A DNA stretch of 64,000 bases from an uncultured Actinomycetota bacterium (GTDB lineage: Bacteria; Actinomycetota; Actinomycetes; Propionibacteriales; Nocardioidaceae). Under the pieces are notes generated by a model. The model ran no database searches and was not told where the DNA came from. It was given only the letters and a program-made list of their open reading frames with translations. A program made the translations under genes and the position numbers. Below, piece after piece: positions 1-9,874 of the stretch (positions are counted from its first letter, which is position 1; each line of letters starts with the position of its first letter). The stretch lies in contig CAVWXS010000018.1 in the NCBI GenBank assembly GCA_963758885.1, positions 2,717-66,716 on the forward strand. The letters are read 5' to 3'.

Positions 1-568
1 GTTCGAGCTCGTGGCGGAGCTTGTCGAGGCAACGGCCGCGGGTCGGGCCGATGCTGCCGATGGGCATCTTGAGCTCGCCCGCGATCCTCGCGTAGTCGGG
101 CCGTGGCTCCATCGCGACGATGCGCAACAGCTTCTGGCAGCGCTCGGGCAGGTGGCCGAGGGACTCCCACAGCCGGGCCTGCTCGTCGCCCAGGACGACC
201 TCGGACTCGGGCGAGGGCGCGTGCGGCAGGTGCCACTCGAGCGACTCGTCGTCCACCGGGTTGGACCGGCCGGCGTTCTTGCTGACCCGCCACGCCTCGC
301 GGCGTGCGGTCGTGCACAGCCACCTGGCCACGGCCTGCGGGTCGCCCACCGTGTGGGCGTTGCGCACCAGCGCCAGCCACGCGGTCTGGACGACGTCCTC
401 GGACTGCTCCCGGTCGAGACCGGTGGCCCTCACGACGTGCCACAGGATCGGGCTCATCACGTGGACGAGCTCGTCGAGCGCGGCGGGGTCACCCGCACGC
501 CAGCGTGCGAACGACGTCCCGGCAGCGTCCCAGACGGACGCCGGGTCCTCCGTGTCCCGCATCGTCAT
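1..568 (-). CDS. ECF-type RNA polymerase sigma-70 factor (3' end runs off the window)
   Basis: Not in the ORF track because it has no stop in the window. Hand translation of the minus strand gives MTMRDTEDPASVW...ALDELVHVMSPILWHVVRATGLDREQSEDVVQTAWLALVR...WLCTTARREAWR (region 2) and LPERCQKLLRIVAMEPRPDYARIAGELKMPIGSIGPTRGRCLDKLR (region 4). GGGGAG RBS upstream. Confidence 0.85.
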   Translation of the reverse strand, partial: MTMRDTEDPASVWDAAGTSFARWRAGDPAALDELVHVMSPILWHVVRATGLDREQSEDVVQTAWLALVRNAHTVGDPQAVARWLCTTARREAWRVSKNAGRSNPVDDESLEWHLPHAPSPESEVVLGDEQARLWESLGHLPERCQKLLRIVAMEPRPDYARIAGELKMPIGSIGPTRGRCLDKLRHELE

Positions 569-637
569 CACTCCCCACAGGAGCATGACGCACGAGGGCT
601 GATACGAGCCAGGGGGAATCGTTTCTCGTGAGACCTT

Positions 638-660
638 CGGTCTCGACCCGGGCTCGACCG
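638..660. repeat. Short REP-like imperfect palindrome CGGTCTCGACCCGGGCTCGACCG
   Basis: Intergenic imperfect hairpin between divergent genes. Confidence 0.4.
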
Positions 661-684
661 CTGAGAGATGCGTACGATCCCCAG

Positions 685-1803
685 GTGGCCAGCCTCGGCG
701 GTGCGAACCAGGACGTGCGGTTCTGCCGTGCTCCCGACGGCGTCCGCATCGCCTACGCGGTCCACGGCTCGGGGCCGCCGCTGGTGGTCACCACCTGCTG
801 GCTCAGCCACCTGCAGCACGACTGGCAGAGCCCGGTGTGGCGGCACTTCCTGCGCGACCTCGGCCGGGTCGCCACGGTCGTCCGCTACGACGAGCGCGGG
901 CACGGGCTGTCCGACCGGGACGTCGACGACTTCTCCCTCGAGGCGCGGATCGGCGACCTGGAGGCGGTGGTCGAGCACAGCGGTGTCGACCGGTTCGCGG
1001 TGATGGCGATGTCGCAGGGCGGCCCGGTGGGCATCCGCTACGTCGCTCGGCAGCTGGAGAACCTCGACCGCGTCACCCGGATGATCTTCTACGGCTCGTA
1101 CGCCGCCGCGCTGCCCGACCCGACCGACGAGGACCGGGAGATGGACGAGGCCATCGACCGGATCATCAAGGTGGGCTGGTCACGCCCGACGCCGGAGTTC
1201 CGTCGGGTCTTCACGACGCTGATGATCCCGGGCGCGAGCGAGGAGCAGATGTCCTGGCTCGACGAGCTCCAGCGCGTCGCGGTCACCGCCGACACCCTCT
1301 ACCGCGCACGTCGCCAGCGGGTGCTCGCCGACGCCACCGACGACCTCGGCCGGCTGACGGTGCCGACCCTGATCCTGCACTCGGTGGGCGACCGGATGAA
1401 CGACTTCGAGCGCTCGCGGGTGCTCGCCTCCGGGATCCCCGACGCGCGGCTGGTGCCGCTGGAGAGCAGCAACCACATCGTGCTCGAGGACGAGCCTGCG
1501 TGGCGGGTGTTCGTCGACGAGGTGACGGCGTTCCTGCGGCCGGACTCATCCGACGGCGCGGGGTCCGTCTCGCTCGACGAGGTCCTCTCGCCGCGCGAGC
1601 TCGAGGTGCTGCGGCTGGCCGCCGAGGGGCTCGACAACGACGCGATCGCCGAGGCGCTCACGCTCAGCGTGCGCACCGTCGAGCGGCACCTGCAGAACGT
1701 CTACGCCAAGCTCGACCTGACGGGCCGCAACGCCCGCACCGCCGCCGTCGCGCGGCTGCACTCGGCCCAGCAGCTGCCGGGCGCCGTGCGTACGCACGCG
1801 TAG
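685..1803 (+). CDS. Alpha/beta-hydrolase fold plus C-terminal LuxR HTH transcriptional regulator
   Basis: IAYAVHGSGPPLV...WLSHL...VVRYDERGHGLSD, nucleophile elbow AMSQGG, C-terminal LSPRELEVLRLAAEGLDNDAIAEALTLSVRTVERHLQNVYAKL. Start uncertain (ORF is open from 628). Confidence 0.9.
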   Translation: MASLGGANQDVRFCRAPDGVRIAYAVHGSGPPLVVTTCWLSHLQHDWQSPVWRHFLRDLGRVATVVRYDERGHGLSDRDVDDFSLEARIGDLEAVVEHSGVDRFAVMAMSQGGPVGIRYVARQLENLDRVTRMIFYGSYAAALPDPTDEDREMDEAIDRIIKVGWSRPTPEFRRVFTTLMIPGASEEQMSWLDELQRVAVTADTLYRARRQRVLADATDDLGRLTVPTLILHSVGDRMNDFERSRVLASGIPDARLVPLESSNHIVLEDEPAWRVFVDEVTAFLRPDSSDGAGSVSLDEVLSPRELEVLRLAAEGLDNDAIAEALTLSVRTVERHLQNVYAKLDLTGRNARTAAVARLHSAQQLPGAVRTHA

Positions 1804-1924
1804 TCGCGAGCCGTCGTACGACGGGACCGGTTGCGCGTCGGCACCGATGTATCAGCCGCGCTCCTCTTCATAGCGTCGTCGATGTCGCCCGGACCGACCG
1901 GGCCACGCGCCAACGGAGGAAACC

Positions 1925-2766
1925 ATGACCGTCACCGACCAACAGAACGACGCGGCGCTGACACCGCGCTCAAGCAGAAGCACGCCGCGATGTGGGCGTC
2001 CGGGCACTACGAGAACGTCGCCTCGGACCTGATCTCCGAGCTCGGGCCCACGCTGGTGGAGGCCACGCAGATCCACGAGGGCGACCTCGTGCTCGACATC
2101 GCCGCCGGATCCGGCAACGTCGCCATCCCGGCCGCCAGGACCGGTGCGCGTGTCATCGCCAGCGACCTGACGCCCGAGCTGCTCGAGGAGGGCGCCCGTC
2201 AGGCGGCCGCGGCGGGTGTCGTGCTGGAGTGGCAGGTGGCCGACGCCGAGCACCTGCCCTACGACGACGACGAGTTCGACGTCGCCGTGTCGGCGGTCGG
2301 CATCATGTTCGCCCCGCACCACCAGGAGGCCGCCGACGAGCTGGTGCGCGTCGTCGCCCCCGGTGGCCGCATCGGCCTGGCCAGCTGGACGCCGCAGGGG
2401 TTCATCGGCCAGATGTTCGCGACCATGAAGCCGTACGTCGCCGCGCCGCCCGCCGGCGTCTCGCCGCCGCCGCTGTGGGGCGACGAGGACCACGTCCGCA
2501 CGCTGCTCGGCGACCGCGTCACCGACCTGCGATTCGAGCGCCGCAAGGTACGGGTCACCCACTTCGCCGAGCCCGCCGACTTCCGCGAGTACTTCAAGAC
2601 CAACTACGGCCCGACGATCGCGGCGTACAAGCAGCAGCCGGACGCCGAGCGCGCGGCCGCCCTCGACGCCGACCTCGACGCGCTCGCCGAGCGCTTCGAC
2701 GTCGGTGACTCCGGCCACCTGGTGCTGGACTGGGAGTACCTGCTGGTCACCTGCCGGGTCGCCTGA
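1925..2766 (+). CDS. Class I SAM-dependent methyltransferase (frameshift near 1957)
   Basis: VLDIAAGSGN motif I and DAEHLPYDDDEFD. The GGAGGA RBS with ATG 1925 is one base out of frame with the body. Confidence 0.88.
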
Positions 2767-2775
2767 CCAGCGCTG

Positions 2776-3000
2776 GGTGGTTTCGAGGCTCGTCGCTGGC
2801 GCTCCTCGCACCTCAACCACCGACACCAGGATGGTCGCTGGCGGTCCTCGTACCTCAACCATCGCCACCAGGCTGGTCGCTGGCGCTCCTCGCACCTCAA
2901 CCATCGACACCAGGCTGAGTCGCGCTCCCGCACCTCAACCATCGACACCAACCTCGGTGGTTGAGGTGCGAGGCCGTTCACGGCCGAGCCTCGAAACCAC
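2776..3000. repeat. REP-like palindrome cluster with ~42-bp tandem subunits and an inverted terminal copy
   Basis: GGTGGTTTCGAGGCTCGTCGCTGGCGCTCCTCGCACCTCAACCACC at 2776. CCTCAACC recurs at 2811, 2853, 2895 and 2933. Inverted copy at 2956-3000. Confidence 0.85.
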
Positions 3001-3139
3001 GATCGGCGTCATCCGGTGGTCTGAACCACCTGGGGGAGATGGTCACGGAACGATTTCGGTCGCGCCCGATCCCACCAAAACGCTGTCGCGCCCGCGGAGT
3101 TCAGGCATGGTGCCCAGCAGGACGAGCGAGGAGGTCAAG

Positions 3140-3925
3140 GTGCTCGTGCGGCTCGTCGGGATCGCGGCACTGGCCGCGGCCGGACTCGTCATCGCCTACG
3201 ACATGGGCAACGGTCCGTCGTACAGCGACGGCCCGATGCCCTCCGTGCGCGACGCCCTGGCGTGCGACGGACGCGTCTACGCCACCCGGCAGACGGCCCC
3301 GGACGAGCGAGCGATGTGGGAGCCGACACCCGAGACCGCGCTCCAGTCCGGGCTGCTCCAGAGCGAGCAGTGGTGGCTCGAGACCGATGCGGTCCGCGTC
3401 TCGGCCCGTACGGACGGGCGCGTGCTGTTCGTGCACGACGTCGGCTCGCGCGCCCGCTTCGCCGCTGCGGTCGAGCGCGGCCGTGGCGGGAACGCCGACG
3501 AGTGGCGTCTGTCGGCCTGGGCGATGTGCGATCCCTCGGAGCTCGTCGGGGAGGACGCCGACCCACTGCGGTACGGCGTGTGGCTGGACGCCGAGGACGA
3601 GCCGGTGCCGACCAGCGACGTGATGACCGTTCGCGGGCCCGAGCAGTGCGGCTGGGAGGACGTCACCTTCATCGAGGTCGACCGCACGTCCACTCGTGCC
3701 AAGCAGTTCGTGCTCGACCCGTCGGGCGAGCTCGACCACCGCCTCCGCACGACGTACGACGCCCATGCCCGGCTGCCCTTCGACGCCGTCGACACCGGCT
3801 GGCGTCGTGGCGGGCTGGCGTTGTGGCTGCAGACCGGCGGAGCGGCGGCGTACCTGGTCAACCTCGCCGACCCCTCCGACGTCCAGCGCTGGCCGCGGGC
3901 CGAGGACACCATCCGGTGTGAGTAG
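3140..3925 (+). CDS. Hypothetical membrane-anchored or secreted protein
   Basis: GAGGAGG RBS, hydrophobic N-terminus VLVRLVGIAALAAAGLVIAY, four Cys, GC3-biased codons. Confidence 0.7.
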   Translation: MLVRLVGIAALAAAGLVIAYDMGNGPSYSDGPMPSVRDALACDGRVYATRQTAPDERAMWEPTPETALQSGLLQSEQWWLETDAVRVSARTDGRVLFVHDVGSRARFAAAVERGRGGNADEWRLSAWAMCDPSELVGEDADPLRYGVWLDAEDEPVPTSDVMTVRGPEQCGWEDVTFIEVDRTSTRAKQFVLDPSGELDHRLRTTYDAHARLPFDAVDTGWRRGGLALWLQTGGAAAYLVNLADPSDVQRWPRAEDTIRCE

Positions 3926-3980
3926 TAGCGCGACTCGACTGCCGGCGACTCGACTGACGAAAGGCGGGTACTGACCGGCA

Positions 3981-4421
3981 GTGACCACTGTCGACCGTGT
4001 CGTGAACGCCGAGCCCGCCGACGTGTGGGCGGTGCTGGCTGACGGGTGGCTCTACGCCCTGTGGGTGGTCGGCGCAGCGCGGATGCGTGAGGTCGACGAC
4101 AGCTGGCCGGCGGTCGGTGCGCGGCTGCACCACTCGGTCGGGACCTGGCCGATGCTCGTCGACGACACCACCAGCGTGCTCGAGGTCGAGCCCGGCCGAC
4201 GGCTCAAGCTCCGGGCCCGCGCCTGGCCGGCGGGCGAGGCAGAGGTAGAGCTACGCCTCGACGCGACGTCGGGCGGGACGGCCGTGACCATGGTCGAGGA
4301 CGCCGTGTCCGGGCCCGGAGCTCTGGTGCCCAAGCCCCTCCGTGATCCGATGCTCAAGTGGCGCAACGTCGAGGCGCTCCAGCGTCTGGCCCTGCTGGTC
4401 GAGAACCGCCAGGTCTCGTGA
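3981..4421 (+). CDS. SRPBCC (polyketide cyclase/START-like) family protein
   Basis: VWAVLADGWLYALWVVGA...HHSVGTWP; GTGA overlap with the next gene. Confidence 0.85.
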   Translation: MTTVDRVVNAEPADVWAVLADGWLYALWVVGAARMREVDDSWPAVGARLHHSVGTWPMLVDDTTSVLEVEPGRRLKLRARAWPAGEAEVELRLDATSGGTAVTMVEDAVSGPGALVPKPLRDPMLKWRNVEALQRLALLVENRQVS

Positions 4422-6016
4422 CCGCAAGGGCCTACGACGCGGTCGTCATCGGGTCCGGCCCGAACGGCCTGGTCGCGGCGAACCGGCTCGTCGACGCCGG
4501 CTGGTCGGTGCTGGTGCTGGAGGCACAGCCGACGCCGGGCGGGGCCGTGGCCAGCGACACGGACGTGCAGCCGGGTTTCGTGCACGACACGTTCAGCGCC
4601 TTCTACCCGCTCTCGGCGATCTCGCCGACGATGACGTCCTTCGGGCTCGAGGACTACGGGCTGGTGTGGCGACGCGCGCCCGCGGTGGTCGGCCACCCGC
4701 TGCCCGGCGGGTCCTGGGCCCTGATCCACGACGACCGCGAGGCCACGGCGGCGGCCGCCGACGAGCAGCACCCCGGCGACGGCGAGGCGTGGCTGCGGCT
4801 GTGCGCCGAGTGGGACGTCGTCGGCGACGCCCTGGTGAGCGCGTTGATGTCCCCCTTCCCGCCGATCCGGGGTGGGCTGTCGCTGCTCGCGAAGCTGCGC
4901 CACGTCGGTGGTCTCGAGTTCGTGCGCACCATGCTGACACCCGCAGCCGACCTCGGCCGCGCCCGCTTCGGCGGCGCAGGGCCGGGGCTGCTCCTGGCGG
5001 GGAACGCCGCCCACAGCGACATCCCGATGGACGCGCCCGGGTCGGGGCTGATGGGGCTGCTGCTGGTGATGCTCGGTCAGACGGTCGGGTACCCGGTGCC
5101 GGAGGGTGGGGCAGGAAACCTGGCTCGCGCCCTGGTCCGCAGGTTGGAGTCCCGTGGCGGGGAGCTGCGTTGCTCGCACCGGGTGACCGGCATCGAGGTG
5201 CGGGGCGGGCGGGCGACCGGCGTCAGCACCGCGACCGGCGAGTCCTTCGCGGCGCGCCGGGCCGTGGTGGCCGACGTACTCGCGCCGCGCCTCTATCGCG
5301 AGCTGCTTCCGGCGTCCGCCGTACCCGAGCGAGTACGCCGCCGGCTCGGCGCCTTCCAGCTCGACCCCGGCACGGTGAAGGTCGACTGGGCCTTGTCCGG
5401 GCCGGTGCCGTGGGCCTCCGCGCCGGCCAAGGCGCCCGGGACCGTGCACATCGCCGACGGGATCGCCGAGATCGCCGAACAGTCGGGACAGGTCACCGCC
5501 GGCCTCGTGCCGGCGCGACCGCTGCTGGTGATGGGACAGATGACGACCAGCGACCCCACCAGGTCGCCGGCCGGCACCGAGTCGATGTGGGCCTACACCC
5601 ACGTCCCCCAGCGCGTCCTCGGCGACGCCGGTGACGAGGGCATCACGGGCGCCTGGGACCACTCGGACTGCGAACGTCTCGGCGACCGGATGCAGGCGCG
5701 GGTCGAGCGCCTCGCGCCCGGCTTCGGCGAGCGCGTGCTGGCCCGCCGGATCCTCGGTCCGCTGGAGCTCGAGGCGAGGAACGAGAACCTCGTCGGCGGA
5801 GCGATCAACGCCGGGACCTCGCAGCTGCACCAGCAGCTGGTGTTCCGCCCGATCCCGGGCTGGGGACGCGCCGAGACCGGCGTACCCGGGCTCTACCTGG
5901 GGTCGGCCTCCGCTCACCCGGGTGGCGGCGTCCACGGCGCGGCAGGGATGAACGCCGCCCGAGCGGCGCTCCTGCACGCCAGGCTGCCGCGCCGGCGCAG
6001 GGTGAGATCAGGCTGA
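4418..6016 (+). CDS. Phytoene dehydrogenase-like NAD(P)/FAD-dependent oxidoreductase
   Basis: YDAVVIGSGPNGLVAA Rossmann motif; C-terminal GLYLGSASAHPGGGVHGAAGMNAA. Confidence 0.9.
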   Translation: MTARAYDAVVIGSGPNGLVAANRLVDAGWSVLVLEAQPTPGGAVASDTDVQPGFVHDTFSAFYPLSAISPTMTSFGLEDYGLVWRRAPAVVGHPLPGGSWALIHDDREATAAAADEQHPGDGEAWLRLCAEWDVVGDALVSALMSPFPPIRGGLSLLAKLRHVGGLEFVRTMLTPAADLGRARFGGAGPGLLLAGNAAHSDIPMDAPGSGLMGLLLVMLGQTVGYPVPEGGAGNLARALVRRLESRGGELRCSHRVTGIEVRGGRATGVSTATGESFAARRAVVADVLAPRLYRELLPASAVPERVRRRLGAFQLDPGTVKVDWALSGPVPWASAPAKAPGTVHIADGIAEIAEQSGQVTAGLVPARPLLVMGQMTTSDPTRSPAGTESMWAYTHVPQRVLGDAGDEGITGAWDHSDCERLGDRMQARVERLAPGFGERVLARRILGPLELEARNENLVGGAINAGTSQLHQQLVFRPIPGWGRAETGVPGLYLGSASAHPGGGVHGAAGMNAARAALLHARLPRRRRVRSG

Positions 6017-6742
6017 CGGCGGGGTCGGCTCGGCCCCGGCGGACGCCGAGGGGTCGCCGTTGCGCGGAAGGCTGCCGCTGTCGACGACATGCTGGGCCAC
6101 GTCGCGGATCTTGGTGTTGGTCTGGCTCGAGTAGCGCCGCAGCAGCTCGAACGACTGGTCCATGGTGAGGTCGTAGGTCGACATCAAGATGCCCTGCGCG
6201 ACACCGATCAGGTGCCGGCTGTGCACGGCGGTCTGGAGACCGCTGACCAGCCGCGCGCTGTTGAGCGCGTTGGTGGCGTGGACGGTGAAGATCAGCGCGA
6301 GGTCGACGTCGTCGGAGGTGAAGGCCTGCGCCTTCTCGGCGTAGAGGTTCAGGGCGCCGATCGTCTCGGTCTCGGTCGACAGCTGGACGCTGAGCACCGA
6401 CCCCACGCCCAGCTTGGCCACCCGCGGTCCCCACCTCGGCCAGCGTGCGTCGTGGGCGATGTCCTCGGCGAGGTAGCTGTCGCCGTCCCAGACGGCTTCC
6501 AGGCAGGGGCCTTCCTCGAGCTCGTACTGGAGGGCGTCGCACGCCGAGGCGAGCTCGGACGTGGAGGCCGTGGTCTCGATGCGGCCCCGGCGACGGCGCA
6601 GCGACACGCTGGCGAACTCGCACGCCCCGACGACGGCGACAGCGCGCTCGGCCACGGTCTGGAGTGTCGGCTGCTCCTCGAGATCAGCCATCAGGTCGCG
6701 GCTGAGATGGGCGAAGTCGAACGCCGACGGCGTGATCTCCAC
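6008..6742 (-). CDS. GAF and ANTAR domain protein
   Basis: DALQYELEEGPCLEA (GAF); SRHLIGVAQGILM...SFELLRRYSSQTNTKIRDVA (ANTAR). Confidence 0.9.
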   Translation of the reverse strand: MEITPSAFDFAHLSRDLMADLEEQPTLQTVAERAVAVVGACEFASVSLRRRRGRIETTASTSELASACDALQYELEEGPCLEAVWDGDSYLAEDIAHDARWPRWGPRVAKLGVGSVLSVQLSTETETIGALNLYAEKAQAFTSDDVDLALIFTVHATNALNSARLVSGLQTAVHSRHLIGVAQGILMSTYDLTMDQSFELLRRYSSQTNTKIRDVAQHVVDSGSLPRNGDPSASAGAEPTPPSA

Positions 6743-6833
6743 CTGGAACCGCCTTCTGTCTGGGGAACATGAGTTCGGGGGCTTCCGAAGAAGCCCCCGA
6801 AAGGCTAGCCATCACCCCAACGGGTGACGGAGA

Positions 6834-7670
6834 TCAGCGTGTCTCCTCCGGCTCTTCGAGGCCGTCGCGCAGCTCCGTGAAGATCCGGCTCAGCAGCCGG
6901 GACACCTGGGTCTGGGTGACGCCGATCTCCTGGGCGATCTCCTGCTGGGTGCAGTCGTCGAAGAAGCGGAGGCGAAGCACCTTCTTGTCGCGCTCGCTCA
7001 GGCGCCGTACGACGGGGGCCAGCACCACGCGGGCCTCCGCCGCCGACTCGGTGACGTCGTGGCCGGCGAGCAGGTCGCCGATGGTGAGCTCGGAGTCGGA
7101 GGTGACGGAGCGGTCCAGGCTCGTCGGGGTGAAGCAGCCCTCGGCTGCTAGCGCCTCCTCGATGTCGCCGACCGGCTCGCCGAGGTGGGCGGCGACCTCG
7201 CGCGGTGAAGGCGACCGGCCCAGCGTCAGAGACATCTCCGACTGGGCGGCGAAGATGCGGCTCTGCAGCTCCTGCACCTTGCGCGGCGGGCGCACCATCC
7301 AGCCGGAGTCGCGGAAGTAGCGGCGCAGCTCGCCCCGGATCGTCGGGACGGCGTAGGAGAGGAAGTCGTGGCCGGCCTCGGGGTCGAACTTGCGGGCCGC
7401 CTTGGTCAGCGCCAGGTAGGCGACCTGCTGGAGGTCGTCGTCGGCGACGCCACGGCGGCGGTAGCGGGAGGCGATCGCTTCGGCGACCCCCATGTTGAGC
7501 TCCACGACCTCGGCCAGGAGCTGGGCACGCTCGCTCTTGGAGCAGTGGGCTGCGCGCGCCAACCGGTCGGTGGTGCCGGCGGCGCGCTCAGCGCGCTGGG
7601 CGGCGTCGGGCGTGGTACGCGAGCGGGGCGACCGCGCGAACTGGTTGGAACTGAGTGACGTGAGCGTCAT
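6834..7670 (-). CDS. SigB/SigF/SigG family RNA polymerase sigma factor
   Basis: DDLQQVAYLALTKAARKFDP...FLSYAVPTIRGELRRYFRD; region 4 TQQEIAQEIGVTQTQVSRLL. Start uncertain (7670-7760). Confidence 0.92.
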   Translation of the reverse strand: MTLTSLSSNQFARSPRSRTTPDAAQRAERAAGTTDRLARAAHCSKSERAQLLAEVVELNMGVAEAIASRYRRRGVADDDLQQVAYLALTKAARKFDPEAGHDFLSYAVPTIRGELRRYFRDSGWMVRPPRKVQELQSRIFAAQSEMSLTLGRSPSPREVAAHLGEPVGDIEEALAAEGCFTPTSLDRSVTSDSELTIGDLLAGHDVTESAAEARVVLAPVVRRLSERDKKVLRLRFFDDCTQQEIAQEIGVTQTQVSRLLSRIFTELRDGLEEPEETR

Positions 7671-7888
7671 TTCGACCTGACTTGGGCTGCCCGCCTGAGC
7701 GGGTGAGGCGCTGCCGGCTGCTTCGACAGACTCTCGGGTGATCGCCGATGGCTTCAGCACGGCCCCCGCGGGCCGTGACGGCCAAAAGGCCCCAGACCGT
7801 CACCAGGAACGTAGTCCCTGTGGCCCGCTCAGAAACTTCACCCTCCCGGGCGGAGTGCCCCGTCCCGGACGTCAGGAATCCAACCGGC

Positions 7889-8668
7889 TCAGGCCGGGTA
7901 GCTGACGGACCTGACGGCCCGTTCCCGCACCGGCTCGCGAGTGAGCGGGACCGCGGGGACCTCCACGCTGGCCGCCAGGTTGCCCACGGTCGTCGACGGC
8001 TCGTGCACGCATCCGTGCCGCAGGGCCCACAACACTGCCTGCGACCGCGTGGTGACGTGGATCTTGCGGTAGGCGCCACGGATGTAGGACTTGACCGAGT
8101 TGATGCTCAGGCCTGTGGTCCGAGCGATCTCGTGGTTGGAGAGCCCGGCGGCGATCAGCCCGACGACCTCGGCCTCACGCGGCGTCAGCGCGGCGCGCTC
8201 GATCTCGGAGGAGGCCTCGCTCGTCACGCCGCGGACCACCGTCTCGCCGTCGGCGATCCGGAGCAACGCGTCGGCGAGCTCGTCAGCGGGCAGGCACTTG
8301 GAGATGCAACCGGCAGCACCATGGGCCAGGGCCACGTCGACGAGCCCCTGCTGGAGGTTCCAGGTGTAGACCACGAGACGCCCGCCCGACGGGCGGTTGG
8401 CCAGCCGGTCGAGCGTGTCCTCCTCGAGCGGGACGCGCGTGAAGGTGTCGTGCAGCGTCACGTCGACGAAGGTGGCCAGCCCACCACCGGGCGCCGGCGG
8501 CACCAGCGTCAGGTCCTCGTACGGCGCGAGGAGTGCGACGAGGCCTTCGGTCACCAGCTCGCACTCGTCGGCGACGGTGACGCGTACCGGTCCCGGTCGG
8601 GGACGGGTCGTGGAGGCGGCTTGCTCGCCCTCCCGAGACGCGGGCGCAGCGGTCTTGAGGTGGGTCAT
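7889..8668 (-). CDS. Atypical response regulator with LuxR HTH
   Basis: Degenerate REC (VTVADECELV...DVTLHD); LTPREAEVVGLIAAGLSNHEIA...SINSVKSYIRGAYRKI. Confidence 0.88.
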   Translation of the reverse strand: MTHLKTAAPASREGEQAASTTRPRPGPVRVTVADECELVTEGLVALLAPYEDLTLVPPAPGGGLATFVDVTLHDTFTRVPLEEDTLDRLANRPSGGRLVVYTWNLQQGLVDVALAHGAAGCISKCLPADELADALLRIADGETVVRGVTSEASSEIERAALTPREAEVVGLIAAGLSNHEIARTTGLSINSVKSYIRGAYRKIHVTTRSQAVLWALRHGCVHEPSTTVGNLAASVEVPAVPLTREPVRERAVRSVSYPA

Positions 8669-8691
8669 GCGACGCCAGTACCCAGCCCGCG

Positions 8692-9639
8692 TCACGTCAG
8701 ACGCGGCAACACCTCACGACCGTAGAACTCGATCATCTGCTGGTGGTGAGGGCCCATGTTCGCGATGTACAGCTCGTCGTAACCCGCCTCGGCGTACTCC
8801 TGCACCTGCTGCAGGTGGGTCTCGGGGTCGCTGCCCGCGACGACCGACTCGCGGGTGCTGTCCTCGGTGACCAGCTGCGAGGCCTGCTCGAAGTGCTTCG
8901 GCGACGGCAGGACCTGGGCGAGCTCGCCCGGCAGGCCGCTGTTGGACCAGAGGCGGTGGGCGTGCTGCACGCCCTCGTCCACGGTGTCGGCGTAGGCGAC
9001 CTTCGTGCCGGCCTGGGCGGGCTTGCCGCCCGTCGCCTCCTTGAAGCGCGTGACCAGCTCGGGGTCGCTCTGGGTGGAGATGTAGCCGTCGCCGATCCGT
9101 GCCGCCAGGTCGGTGGCCTTGGGCCCGAAACCCGAGACGTACACCGGCGGCGGGGAGTCGGGCAGGGTGTAGATGCGGGCGTGGTCGACGTTGTAGTGCT
9201 TCCCGTACGACGTCACGAAGCCGCCCTCCCACAGCTCCCGCATCAAGGCGACGGCCTCCTCCAGCATCTCCAGCCGCACGTCGATCGAGGGCCACGCGTC
9301 ACCGAGGACGTGCTCGTTGAGGGCCTCGCCGGTGCCCACCCCGAGGGTGAACCGCCCCTGCGTCATCACCGCGCTGGTCGCGGCGGCCTGGGCGACCACG
9401 GCCGGATGGATGCGCACCGTCGGACAGGTCACCGCCGTCGTGACGGGCAGCGAGCAGACCTGGGAGATGGCTCCGATCACGGACCAGACGAACGGGCTCT
9501 GCCCCTGCTCGTCGTTCCAGGGGTGGAAGTGGTCACTGATCCACAACGCCTCGAAACCGGCCGCTTCTGCGGCCGTGGCCTGGGCCACCAGGTCTGCCGG
9601 GCCGTACTCCTCGCAGGACAGGAAGTATCCGATCTTCAT
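8692..9639 (-). CDS. F420-dependent LLM-class oxidoreductase (G6PDH-like, TIGR03557 type)
   Basis: MKIGYFLSCEEY...WISDHFHPW...QGQSPFVWS...TTAVTCPT...GVGTGEALNEH. Confidence 0.9.
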   Translation of the reverse strand: MKIGYFLSCEEYGPADLVAQATAAEAAGFEALWISDHFHPWNDEQGQSPFVWSVIGAISQVCSLPVTTAVTCPTVRIHPAVVAQAAATSAVMTQGRFTLGVGTGEALNEHVLGDAWPSIDVRLEMLEEAVALMRELWEGGFVTSYGKHYNVDHARIYTLPDSPPPVYVSGFGPKATDLAARIGDGYISTQSDPELVTRFKEATGGKPAQAGTKVAYADTVDEGVQHAHRLWSNSGLPGELAQVLPSPKHFEQASQLVTEDSTRESVVAGSDPETHLQQVQEYAEAGYDELYIANMGPHHQQMIEFYGREVLPRLT

Positions 9640-9815
9640 GGCTCCGCGTACCCGAGAAGTGGGGGGTGCATGCCGCCAACACCTGGGGGTAAAATGCCGC
9701 CACCGTCGAGACCGTGCCCGGCCGGCGGATTCGCGGGCTCGACGGACCCGGACCGTCGAACGCCCACTCACGCAGCCGAAGCATCGACCCCCCGGGTCCG
9801 TCCCCCGACCCTCGC

Positions 9816-9852
9816 TGGTCGAGGAAGGCGCGCTGGCGCCTGTCTCGAGACC
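9816..9852. repeat. REP-like palindrome, variant type (GGTCGAGGAAGGCGCGCTGGCGCCTGTCTCGAGACC)
   Basis: Intergenic; same outer-arm plus inner-hairpin layout as the other REPs. Confidence 0.55.
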
Positions 9853-9874
9853 TCGGGGAGGCAGACTCGGGCTC

